A stretch of 64,000 nucleotides of DNA from an uncultured Bacteroidales bacterium. Lineage in GTDB: Bacteria > Bacteroidota > Bacteroidia > Bacteroidales > Muribaculaceae. How positions within the stretch are numbered: the first letter of the stretch is position 1; the number at the start of each line of letters is the position of its first letter. The notes beneath the pieces are model-generated. The model was given only the letters and a program-made list of their open reading frames with translations, was not told the DNA's origin and ran no database searches. The DNA lies in NCBI GenBank assembly GCA_902777835.1, contig CACYVC010000001.1:31736-95735 (forward strand), in the 5' to 3' direction. The position numbers and the translations under genes are program-made. Positions 8,944-16,501 of this stretch are shown here, one piece after another.

Positions 8944-10065
8944 TTATGCCATCACCATCATTGGCATCAGCAGAACGAGCAGGTCTTCATTCTCGCGTTG
9001 CTCGGCGGGCTTGAAGATGCCGGCTCGCGATGGATCCATCAGCTCAACGGTCACCATGTCGTGGCCAATGTTGTTGAGCACGTCGATGATGTTGTCATCG
9101 TTGAAGCCAATGAGCATCTCGGTTCCGTTGTAGTCGCAGGCAACTACCTCCTCGCTCGACTTAGAGAAGTCGATGTCTTGAGTTGAGAGGTGTATTTGGT
9201 TCTCCTTGAGGTCAAACTTCACAAGACCGCCAGGACTTGCAGTGACCGAAACGCGCTTGATAGCGGTGAGCATAGTCATGCGGTCGATGGTGAGGGTGTA
9301 TTGGTTGTCCTGTGGGATTACCGAGTTGTAGTTTGGATAGCGTCCATTTACAAAGCGGCACGACATAGTGTATTCTTCGCTCTCGAAGGTAGCACTCTTA
9401 GAGTCGATAGTGATTCTAACGTCGCCCTCTTGCTTATCGAGAATGCTAGCAAGGATAGTGGCTGGCTTGGTGGGAAGGATGAACGACTGTTCAAGACCAG
9501 TGTTCAGGTTCAGCTCACGGAAACGCACCAACTTATGGGTGTCGGTAGAGACGAAGGCGATTTCCTCGGGCTTGATGTCCCAGAAGATACCCATCATCAT
9601 GGGGCGAAGCGACTCGGTGCCAACGGCGAATACAGTCTGCTGGATGCCGCGTGCCACTTTCTCGGCTGGGAGGACAAAGGTCTTCTGCTCCTCATCGCTC
9701 TGAGCCTTGGTGGGGAACTCGTTGCCGTTGATGCCAATGAAGTTGAACTGACCATTGAGGTAGTCAATGTTGATGGCAAGGTTCTGGTCGTTGATGTCGA
9801 AAGCAAGACCCTGATCGGGAATCTCCTTGAGCATGTCGAGAAGCTCTTTCACGCCAGCGGCAAACTTGCCACTTCCCTCGGCGTTAGTCACCTCCACTTT
9901 GGTTGTGAGAGTGGTCTCCTGATCACTAGCGGTAATCACCAGCGTGTTGCCGCTAAGGTTAAACAGGAAATTGTCGAGAATGGTGATGGTGTTCTTTGAG
10001 TTAACCACTTTACTCACAGCCTGCAAGTGAGTGAATAACAGTTTGCTTTGAATGTTGAATTTCAT
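8944..10065 (-). CDS. dnaN: DNA polymerase III beta sliding clamp
   Basis: 373 aa. The N-terminus is MKFNIQSKLLFTHLQAVSKVVNSKNTITILDNFLF and the C-terminus is LLVLLMPMMV, typical of DnaN. Confidence 0.93.
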   Translation of the reverse strand: MKFNIQSKLLFTHLQAVSKVVNSKNTITILDNFLFNLSGNTLVITASDQETTLTTKVEVTNAEGSGKFAAGVKELLDMLKEIPDQGLAFDINDQNLAINIDYLNGQFNFIGINGNEFPTKAQSDEEQKTFVLPAEKVARGIQQTVFAVGTESLRPMMMGIFWDIKPEEIAFVSTDTHKLVRFRELNLNTGLEQSFILPTKPATILASILDKQEGDVRITIDSKSATFESEEYTMSCRFVNGRYPNYNSVIPQDNQYTLTIDRMTMLTAIKRVSVTASPGGLVKFDLKENQIHLSTQDIDFSKSSEEVVACDYNGTEMLIGFNDDNIIDVLNNIGHDMVTVELMDPSRAGIFKPAEQRENEDLLVLLMPMMVMA

Positions 10066-10118
10066 CGTCGTTATTATTTTAAGTGTTTTGATTTTTCAAG
10101 CATTGTAATTTTAACTTA

Positions 10119-10126
10119 CAAAGTTA
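10119..10126 (-). promoter_or_regulatory. -7 box TAACTTTG for dnaN
   Basis: The + strand caaagtta is TAACTTTG on the minus strand, ~54 nt upstream of the ATG at 10065. Confidence 0.4.
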
Positions 10127-10251
10127 CAAATTTATTTTCAAATATTATAGTAATAATGTAAAAAACTGCCATCAAGTTATCAACAACAGGCAAAATTGCT
10201 TGAAAAACACAAAAAAAAGCCATTTTTCTTGCAGGATTTAAAACTTCGTTG

Positions 10252-10259
10252 TAACTTTG
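10252..10259 (+). promoter_or_regulatory. -7 box TAACTTTG upstream of tRNA-Ser
   Basis: Exact TAnnTTTG match, 84 nt upstream of the mature tRNA 5' end. Confidence 0.4.
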
Positions 10260-10342
10260 CACCCGCAAAAGAAATCAGAGGGCAGAGACGAGAGATCAGA
10301 AGTCTGGTATCTGAAATCTTAAGTCCGATAACTGATATCTTC

Positions 10343-10427
10343 GGAAAGATGGTAGAGTGGTCGATTACACCGGTCTTGAAAACCGGCGTGCCGAGAGGCA
10401 CCGGGGGTTCGAATCCCTCTCTTTCCG
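10343..10427 (+). tRNA. tRNA-Ser (anticodon UGA), class II with a long variable arm
   Basis: Folded by hand. Acceptor stem GGAAAGA/TCTTTCC. D stem GTAG/TTAC with an AGTGGTCGA loop. Anticodon stem CCGGT/ACCGG with loop CTTGAAA (anticodon TGA). Variable arm GTGCC-GAGA-GGCAC. T stem GGGGG/CCCTC with a TTCGAAT loop. Discriminator G. CCA is not encoded. Confidence 0.95.
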
Positions 10428-10440
10428 CAAAGCATTAAGA

Positions 10441-10472
10441 CTGGTTGGGTTTTCTCAACCAGTTTTTGTTTT
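10441..10472 (+). terminator. Rho-independent terminator after tRNA-Ser
   Basis: Hairpin CTGGTTG-ggttttct-CAACCAG followed by TTTTTGTTTTTT. Confidence 0.8.
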
Positions 10473-10510
10473 TTGCTGCGCAAAGTAAGCTTATGTGCAA
10501 GGGATAATTG

Positions 10511-10545
10511 CAGAGCCACTTCACAACATAATGTGAAGTGGCTCT
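10511..10545. terminator. 15-bp perfect hairpin between the tRNA and the convergent PepSY-like gene
   Basis: CAGAGCCACTTCACA-acata-TGTGAAGTGGCTCTG. T-rich on the + side only (ttgtttgttg). Confidence 0.6.
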
Positions 10546-10576
10546 GTTGTTTGTTGAAATTTTAAAGGGTGGCGAG

Positions 10577-11110
10577 TTAGTCGTCTGCCCCGATAAAGTT
10601 GCCCGACTGGTCGAACCTTAATTCTAAGTCGTTAGCCAACTCGATGTCATACCCTATACCGTTTTTGTCAATCTTGATGATTGGCGCTGACTGGAAATTG
10701 TTCTTGACATAGGTTGATATGGCCTGTGGCACCAGAGCTGCTGGAACCCCTTTGTAGCACTCAACTTTTTTCCATTGATTGTTCCTGTCGAAGTCAATCT
10801 TTGTTCCGTTGTCGAGTGTCACATCATACTCAAGGCCTCCATACTCCTGATCAGTTTCAGTATAAGTGATCTTAGCACCAGGGAATGTTTGTTGCACGAA
10901 TGTGTTGATAGCCTCGGGCAATGCTTGTTGAGCATTTGCTGCGGGTTGGGGTTGAGCGGCAGCCGCGTTGTTTTCGGGTGTCGCGGCTGGTGTTACTTGT
11001 TGCTGCTGTCCGTTAGAGACGGGCTGAGGTTGATGTGTTTTATTGTTGCCATTGCAAGCCACCAGCATGGCGGCAACAACCACCGCAAGTGATAATAGCT
11101 TGAATTTCAT
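10577..11110 (-). CDS. PepSY-like (DUF2874, beta-lactamase-inhibitor-like) lipoprotein, paralog 1, with a Q/A/P-rich linker
   Basis: The track ORF starts at a TTG (11119); the ATG at 11110 gives MKFKLLSLAVVVAAMLVAC (lipobox). The repeated motif is VPxA(L/I)xxYVKxxF...I(I/T)KID...GY(D/E)(I/V)EL. Confidence 0.8.
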   Translation of the reverse strand: MKFKLLSLAVVVAAMLVACNGNNKTHQPQPVSNGQQQQVTPAATPENNAAAAQPQPAANAQQALPEAINTFVQQTFPGAKITYTETDQEYGGLEYDVTLDNGTKIDFDRNNQWKKVECYKGVPAALVPQAISTYVKNNFQSAPIIKIDKNGIGYDIELANDLELRFDQSGNFIGADD

Positions 11111-11125
11111 ATCTTTCAAATCTTT

Positions 11126-11557
11126 TTAGTCATCAATGTCAATAACTTGAAATTCACGATTAAACTCGATCTCAAGTCCATTGTTGAGCTTCACCTCATA
11201 TCCACGGCGGTTGCGGTCAATTTTTATGATGGATGTGCCAGGGAACGAGGTTTTAACGCTTTTCTTAATTTGCTCTGGAATCAACGCCGAAGGAACGGTT
11301 GAAGAGTAGCTCTCAATGTCCTTCCAGTTGCCTTCCTTGTCAAACTCGATTTTCTCACCAGACTCATACCTGATGGTATAGTCATCCCAGTCCATAGTAA
11401 TAACCAATGGAACCTTATTAGCAAAATACTGTTTAAGCATCACTTGAGCTGTCTGAGGCAGTTGGTCATAAGTGATAACTTTGTCGTGGTCGGCCTTGGC
11501 GCTGAAACTTATTGTCAGCAAGGCAACTAATGCAATGATTGCTTTAATTTTCTTCAT
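11126..11557 (-). CDS. PepSY-like (DUF2874) periplasmic protein, paralog 2
   Basis: 143 aa with a signal peptide. Two PepSY-like half-domains: LPQTAQVMLKQYFANKVPL...YESGEKIEFDKEGNW and VPSALIPEQIKKSVKTSFPGTSIIKIDRNRRGYEVKLNNGLEIEF. Confidence 0.8.
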   Translation of the reverse strand: MKKIKAIIALVALLTISFSAKADHDKVITYDQLPQTAQVMLKQYFANKVPLVITMDWDDYTIRYESGEKIEFDKEGNWKDIESYSSTVPSALIPEQIKKSVKTSFPGTSIIKIDRNRRGYEVKLNNGLEIEFNREFQVIDIDD

Positions 11558-11615
11558 AGTGTACTGTGTAATTAAAAATATTATTAAAATGGATTACTAA
11601 CAATAATATATTATC

Positions 11616-12047
11616 TTAATCGTCCATTTCCATGAGCGCACCTTGCTGGTTGAACTTAAGTTCTAAACCATTGATAAGTTCAACCTCATATCCATTGTCA
11701 TCCTTATCAATTTTAGTGATTGATACGCCAGGAAACGAGGTGTTAATGTGGCTAGCAATTGGGGCAGGCACAATCGCGGTTGGGATGGGAGCAGTGGTGC
11801 TCGACACCTTATCCCACTCTTTGTTCCTATTAAAACTGATCATGGTGCCATCGTTAAGGGTCACGTCATACTCAGAGCCAAATAGTCCCCATTCTTTTTG
11901 GGCAAAAGTGATGGTGCTATTTGCAAAGTTTTGTTTAACAAAAGTTTGAACCTCTTGTGGCAGCTCGGTTGGACTGATAGGCTTTTCGCCACATCCTACC
12001 AATGTCAAACTGCAAATGATAATTAATAAAAAACTGAATTTTCTCAT
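11616..12047 (-). CDS. PepSY-like (DUF2874) lipoprotein, paralog 3
   Basis: 143 aa with lipobox LTLVGC. Same two-half architecture: LPQEVQTFVKQNFANSTI... and PTAIVPAPIASHINTSFPGVSITKIDKDDNGYEVELINGLELKF. Confidence 0.8.
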   Translation of the reverse strand: MRKFSFLLIIICSLTLVGCGEKPISPTELPQEVQTFVKQNFANSTITFAQKEWGLFGSEYDVTLNDGTMISFNRNKEWDKVSSTTAPIPTAIVPAPIASHINTSFPGVSITKIDKDDNGYEVELINGLELKFNQQGALMEMDD

Positions 12048-12122
12048 AATATTTATTATTTTGATTAGACAATAAACTCTTCCAAACGTTTAATACTATG
12101 TGGGTGAAGGTTAAAATTTTGC

Positions 12123-12130
12123 CAAAATTA
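12123..12130 (-). promoter_or_regulatory. -7 box TAATTTTG for the PepSY-like gene array
   Basis: The + strand caaaatta is TAATTTTG on the minus strand, ~76 nt upstream of the ATG at 12047. Confidence 0.35.
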
Positions 12131-12256
12131 GTGCCTTTATTCCAATTATACAAATTTTTATCCAATATTTACACATCAAAATTATCTTATTACGATTAAT
12201 AAGTGCTGGTAATGTTAAGTGGTATATGTCATCTTTTTTAGTTAGAGAAAAATGTG

Positions 12257-12264
12257 TAACTTTG
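12257..12264 (+). promoter_or_regulatory. -7 box TAACTTTG for rlmD
   Basis: Exact match, 32 nt upstream of the GTG at 12296. Confidence 0.45.
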
Positions 12265-12295
12265 CAGCAAAAATCAAAATAAAGCATTTATTCAC

Positions 12296-13705
12296 GTGGG
12301 AAAGAAGAAAAATTTGCCTCTGCTGGAGGATTTTGAGATAACTGGAGTTGCTGCCGAAGGCAAGAGCCTGGGGCGCTGGAACGACATGGTGGTGTTTGTG
12401 CCTTACGGAGCGCCAGGCGACATTGCTCGTGTGAAAATCACTCGCAAGAAGCACAGTTTTTGTGAGGGCGTGATAGATGAACTCATCAAGCCTAGCGAGG
12501 TGCGCGTGGAGCCTATGTGTCAGCACTTTGGCGTGTGTGGCGGCTGCAAGTGGCAGCACCTTCCTTATGAGTACCAGCTCAAGTGCAAGCAGCAGCAGGT
12601 GGTCGATGCCTTGGAGCGCATTGCCAAAGTGCCGTTGCCCGAAATCTCGCCGATTCTTGGCTCGAAGAAGACTACTTTCTACCGCAACAAGCTCGAGTTC
12701 ACCTTCTCCAATAAATGCTGGCTCACCACTGAGCAGATGCAGAGCGGTGAGGAGTTTCCCAACCGCAACGCCGTGGGTTTCCACATCCCTGGCGGCTTCG
12801 ACAAAGTGCTCAACATCGAGAAATGCTGGCTTCAGGACGACATCAGTAACCAGATTCGCCTATTCCTGCGCGATTACGCTCAGGAGCGTGGCTATACGTT
12901 CTACGACATCCGCAACAATGTGGGCTTTATGCGCATGATGATGTTGCGCACTGCCAGTACTGGCGAGCTGATGCTCGTAGTGGTCTTCAGCGAAGATAAT
13001 CAGGCTGCAATCGACGATGTGATGGGTGCATTGAAAGAGCGTTTTCCTCAGATTACCTCGTTGATGTATGTTGTCAATCTCAAAGTCAACGATTCGCTTG
13101 GAGACCAGGAGTTTGTGCTCTATAGTGGTCGCGACTACATTGAGGAAGAGATGGAAGGGCTTAAGTTCCGCGTGGGTCCAAAATCGTTTTATCAGACCAA
13201 CAGCGAGCAGGCCTACGAACTCTATAAAGTGGCACGCAACTTCGCGGGACTCACAGGCAATGAACTGGTCTATGACCTCTATACTGGTACTGGAACAATC
13301 GCCAACTTCGTCTCTCGTCAAGCGCGTGAGGTGATTGGTATTGAGTATGTTCCCGAAGCGATAGAAGATGCCAAACTCAACTCGCGTGTGAATGGCATTA
13401 CAAACACCAAATTTTATGCTGGCGACATGAAAGACGTGCTCACTGGTGAGTTTGTGGCGCAGCACGGCATCCCCGACGTTATGATCGTTGACCCACCGCG
13501 CGCTGGCATGCACGAGGATGTGGTAAGGGTGATTCTTGATGCTGAACCCGAGCGCATTGTATATGTGAGCTGCAACCCCGCCACCCAAGCCAGAGACATC
13601 GCGATGCTCGACGTGAAGTATCGTGTCGATGCAGTGCAGCCTGTGGATATGTTTCCTCACACACACCATGTGGAAAATGTGGCACTTTTAAGTCGTAAGT
13701 GTTAA
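12296..13705 (+). CDS. rlmD: 23S rRNA (uracil-C5)-methyltransferase, RumA/RlmD type (TRAM domain, 4Fe-4S, SAM MTase)
   Basis: 469 aa with an apparent GTG start. TRAM-like N-terminus, Cys cluster CQHFGVCGGCKWQH, and SAM-binding region LYTGTGTIANF...DPPRAGMH...YVSCNPATQARD. Confidence 0.9.
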   Translation: MGKKKNLPLLEDFEITGVAAEGKSLGRWNDMVVFVPYGAPGDIARVKITRKKHSFCEGVIDELIKPSEVRVEPMCQHFGVCGGCKWQHLPYEYQLKCKQQQVVDALERIAKVPLPEISPILGSKKTTFYRNKLEFTFSNKCWLTTEQMQSGEEFPNRNAVGFHIPGGFDKVLNIEKCWLQDDISNQIRLFLRDYAQERGYTFYDIRNNVGFMRMMMLRTASTGELMLVVVFSEDNQAAIDDVMGALKERFPQITSLMYVVNLKVNDSLGDQEFVLYSGRDYIEEEMEGLKFRVGPKSFYQTNSEQAYELYKVARNFAGLTGNELVYDLYTGTGTIANFVSRQAREVIGIEYVPEAIEDAKLNSRVNGITNTKFYAGDMKDVLTGEFVAQHGIPDVMIVDPPRAGMHEDVVRVILDAEPERIVYVSCNPATQARDIAMLDVKYRVDAVQPVDMFPHTHHVENVALLSRKC

Positions 13706-13830
13706 GTTATAAGTGTTAAGTGTTAAGTTATAAGTGTTAAGTGTTAAGTGGCTGCACCAATTTAAGTCGTGAGTTTTAAGTGTTAAGTGACTGGGTTGAG
13801 ATAAGTTATAAGTATAAATTTATAGTTTTA
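13689..13830. repeat. Two blocks of phase-locked TAAGTGT-type heptamers filling the rlmD-DUF5686 spacer
   Basis: Block 1, from 13689: TAAGTCG TAAGTGT TAAGTTA TAAGTGT TAAGTGT TAAGTTA TAAGTGT TAAGTGT TAAGTGG. An 11-nt break follows. Block 2, from 13763: TAAGTCG TGAGTTT TAAGTGT TAAGTGA CTGGGTT GAGATAA GTTATAA GTATAAA TTTATAG TTTTAAG. The tract begins inside the last rlmD codons. Confidence 0.8.
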
Positions 13831-13831
13831 A

Positions 13832-16384
13832 GTGAGGGGGATTAGGGAATATCTGTTAGTTTTGTTGATGCTGGCCGTGTCTATTGTTGCTCACGGGCAG
13901 GTGCCAGAAGGCTACACTACTATAAAAGGTGTGGTAACCGACTCCGTGACTGGCGAGGGCATGCCTTACGCTCAGATTTTTCTTATTGGTTCCCAAACTG
14001 GCGCATTGACCAACGATCAAGGCGGCTTCACTATCGTCACTGGGGTGAAGTTTGAGAAGCTGCGTGTAAGTGTTGTTGGCTATCAGACTAAAGAGATAAA
14101 GGTGCCTCTTGGTGTATATACAGAGCTTGACATCAAGTTGGTACCCACCACTGTGATGCTTAACGAGGTTATAGTCAAGAAGACCGCAAAATATGTCAAG
14201 AAAGGCAATCCTGCGGTGGCGTTTGTCGAGAAACTACGGGCACGGCGAAACCTCTATAATCCCAAAGATCACGACTATTACAACTATAATAAATATGAAA
14301 AGGTGTCGTTTGGTCTCAACAATTTCAACTCGTCGAGCACAAAGAACCTGATTGCCCAGAATTTCAAATTCCTGAAAGACTATATCGACACCTGCGACGT
14401 AACGGGCAAGATGATTTTGCCGCTCTCCATTCAGGAGAAGGTGTCGCACGAGCATTACCGCAAGTCGCCTGCTACGCATCGTGAGGTGGTGATGGCGACC
14501 AACCATGCCGGCATCGACGACCAGCACGACACCGAGAGCATCAAGAAGTTCATCGATGATATCTTCCGTGAGATTGACATCTTCAGCAACGACATCACGT
14601 TCATGCAGAACCGCTTTGTGAGTCCGCTCTCGAGCATAGGCACCGACTTCTATAAGTATTATCTCGACACTGTAATGGTCAATGGAGTGCAGTGCTATGA
14701 GTTGTCGTTCACGCCTTTCACCACTGAGACTTTTGGCTTCACGGGCCGCCTCTATGTTCCTGCTAACGATAGCACGATGTTCATCTCTAATATTAAGATG
14801 AACGTGCCCCGAACTATCAACCTCAACTATGTGAAACAGGTGTATCTTGAGCAGGACTACATCAAGGCCTCTGATGGCAGCCGCCTGAAGATACGTGACG
14901 ATGTAATGGTTGAGCTGCAGATCGCCCCCAAGACTCCTGAGCTATATGGGCGTCGGCAGACGTTCTACGATGGCCACAACTTCAAGATTCCTAAGGACTT
15001 GACTGTCTTTGAGGGAAATGCCGAGGTGCTGACTAACCAAGTCAAGGAGCAAGACGAGAACTACTGGGTGGCGCACAGGCCTGTGGTAGCTGTGAAGAAT
15101 GAGCACACCGTCAAGGATATGCTCGCGCGGCTGCGGCAGTCAAAGCTCTTCTACTGGTGCGAGAAGGTGGTGGTGACGTTGGTGAGCGGTTACATCAATA
15201 CCAATAAAAATGCCAAAGAGAGCCGCTTCGACATCGGTCCCATGAATACCCTTATCAGCGGCAACTCACTTGAGGGCGTGAGGCTTAGAGTGGGCGGCAT
15301 GACAACTGCAAAACTCAGTCCTCGATGGTTTGGCAAGTTCTATGTTGCCTACGGCACACGCGACGAGCGATTCAAATATATGGGGCAACTCGAGTATTCG
15401 TTTATAGATAAGAAAAAGCACCCCAATGAGTTCCCTGTGAAATCGATACGCTTGATGCATCGTTATGATGTAGACAAGCTGGGCCAGCACTATCTTTATA
15501 CCAACCCCGACAATGTTTTCCTCGCCCTCAAGCGTCAAAAGGACGATAAGATGATATATCTGCGTGAGACGGTTCTGGAATACAAACTCGAGACTCAGGC
15601 GGGATTTTCGGTTACTGCATCGGTGCTTCACCAGCGCCATGAGGCGTCGCGATTCTTGCCGTTCATCGATGGCAACGGCAACGCGTTAGGGCATTACAAT
15701 ACAGCAGGTTTCAACGTCACTTTGCGCTATGCGCCAGGTGAGAAGTTTTATCAGACTCGCTCGTTCCGTATTCCCATCAACCAAGACGCGCCCGTGTTCA
15801 CGCTCTCGCACACCTTCATGCCACGAGGCTTCTTGGGCAGCGATTATACCATCAACAAGACCGAGGCTGGAATCCAAAAGCGTTTTTGGTTCTCGGCATT
15901 TGGTTATACCGACATCATCGTCAAAGCAGGAAAGATCTGGAGCACAGTGCCTTATCCTGAGCTCTTGCTGCCTAACGCCAACCTGTCTTATACCATTCAG
16001 CCCGAGTCGTTTGCGCTCATGAACGCTATGGAATTTGTCAACGACCAGTATCTGTCGTGGGATGTCACCTATTGGATTAATGGTGCCATCCTAAACCGCA
16101 TCCCGCTGCTTAAGAAGCTCAAGATGCGCGAGGTGGTCTCTTTCCGTGGTTTATGGGGCAAGCTTACTGACAAAAACGACCCTGCTCAGCACCCTGAGCT
16201 GCTGCAATTCCCAACAAATGCCGACTGCCTGAAAATGGGCAAGCGGCCCTATATGGAGATAGGCGTAGGTCTCGACAACATCCTCACTTTCTTGAGAGTA
16301 GATTATGTGTGGCGCATCAACTACCGCGACAATCCCGGCATCAACCGCAGCGGCGTCCGCATCCAGCTGCATTTCACGTTCTGA
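13832..16384 (+). CDS. Carboxypeptidase-regulatory-like domain plus DUF5686 outer-membrane protein
   Basis: 850 aa. The GTG start gives a proper signal peptide, MRGIREYLLVLLMLAVSIVAHGQ. A CarboxypepD_reg-like segment follows (IKGVVTDSVTGEGMPYAQIFLIGSQTGALTNDQGGFTI). The long C-terminal region ends in an aromatic residue (QLHFTF), typical of an OM beta-barrel. Confidence 0.8.
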   Translation: MRGIREYLLVLLMLAVSIVAHGQVPEGYTTIKGVVTDSVTGEGMPYAQIFLIGSQTGALTNDQGGFTIVTGVKFEKLRVSVVGYQTKEIKVPLGVYTELDIKLVPTTVMLNEVIVKKTAKYVKKGNPAVAFVEKLRARRNLYNPKDHDYYNYNKYEKVSFGLNNFNSSSTKNLIAQNFKFLKDYIDTCDVTGKMILPLSIQEKVSHEHYRKSPATHREVVMATNHAGIDDQHDTESIKKFIDDIFREIDIFSNDITFMQNRFVSPLSSIGTDFYKYYLDTVMVNGVQCYELSFTPFTTETFGFTGRLYVPANDSTMFISNIKMNVPRTINLNYVKQVYLEQDYIKASDGSRLKIRDDVMVELQIAPKTPELYGRRQTFYDGHNFKIPKDLTVFEGNAEVLTNQVKEQDENYWVAHRPVVAVKNEHTVKDMLARLRQSKLFYWCEKVVVTLVSGYINTNKNAKESRFDIGPMNTLISGNSLEGVRLRVGGMTTAKLSPRWFGKFYVAYGTRDERFKYMGQLEYSFIDKKKHPNEFPVKSIRLMHRYDVDKLGQHYLYTNPDNVFLALKRQKDDKMIYLRETVLEYKLETQAGFSVTASVLHQRHEASRFLPFIDGNGNALGHYNTAGFNVTLRYAPGEKFYQTRSFRIPINQDAPVFTLSHTFMPRGFLGSDYTINKTEAGIQKRFWFSAFGYTDIIVKAGKIWSTVPYPELLLPNANLSYTIQPESFALMNAMEFVNDQYLSWDVTYWINGAILNRIPLLKKLKMREVVSFRGLWGKLTDKNDPAQHPELLQFPTNADCLKMGKRPYMEIGVGLDNILTFLRVDYVWRINYRDNPGINRSGVRIQLHFTF

Positions 16385-16448
16385 AAACAATTGTCTTGAG
16401 CGAGTTAACAATTCGCTATACAGAACTCCAGTGCAATAGAAGAAAAAC

Positions 16449-16478
16449 GAAACGCACCTCATTTTTGAGATGCGTTTC
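16449..16478. terminator. Bidirectional terminator between the convergent DUF5686 and GH31 genes
   Basis: GAAACGCACCTC-attttt-GAGATGCGTTTC (12 bp, 1 mismatch), flanked by an A-run upstream and a T-run downstream. Confidence 0.7.
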
Positions 16479-16501
16479 ATGATTTTTTGTTTTACATTAT
16501 C

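Noticed and set aside
9190-9999. Long antisense ORFs opposite well-supported genes. Examples are 9190-9999 (dnaN), 12860-13669 (rlmD), 19692-20381 (GDE), 27814-28647 and 40261-40938 (ompA paralogs), 43568-44578 (pepD), 49624-50259 (amidase) and 58726-59376 (T9SS cargo).
   Set aside because: Their compositions are low-complexity and Val/His/Leu/Ser-rich, with no family motifs. They have no promoter boxes. Each is fully contained in a gene with strong family signatures. This is consistent with codon bias suppressing stop codons on the antisense strand.
10260-10342. The ~80-nt stretch between the TAACTTTG box and the mature tRNA-Ser 5' end, considered as a co-transcribed small RNA.
   Set aside because: I could find no stable structure or conserved motif. 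It is more simply a tRNA 5' leader removed by RNase P, and the promoter assignment itself is uncertain.
10343-10427. tRNA-Ser considered as an integration hotspot with an adjacent genomic island.
   Set aside because: There is no integrase, no direct repeat of the tRNA 3' end and no atypical gene content on either side. The flanks are dnaN and conserved PepSY-like genes.
10180-10519. Three ORFs of 66-80 aa overlapping the tRNA-Ser region.
   Set aside because: They overlap a cleanly folding tRNA and its terminator, and there is no coding signal.
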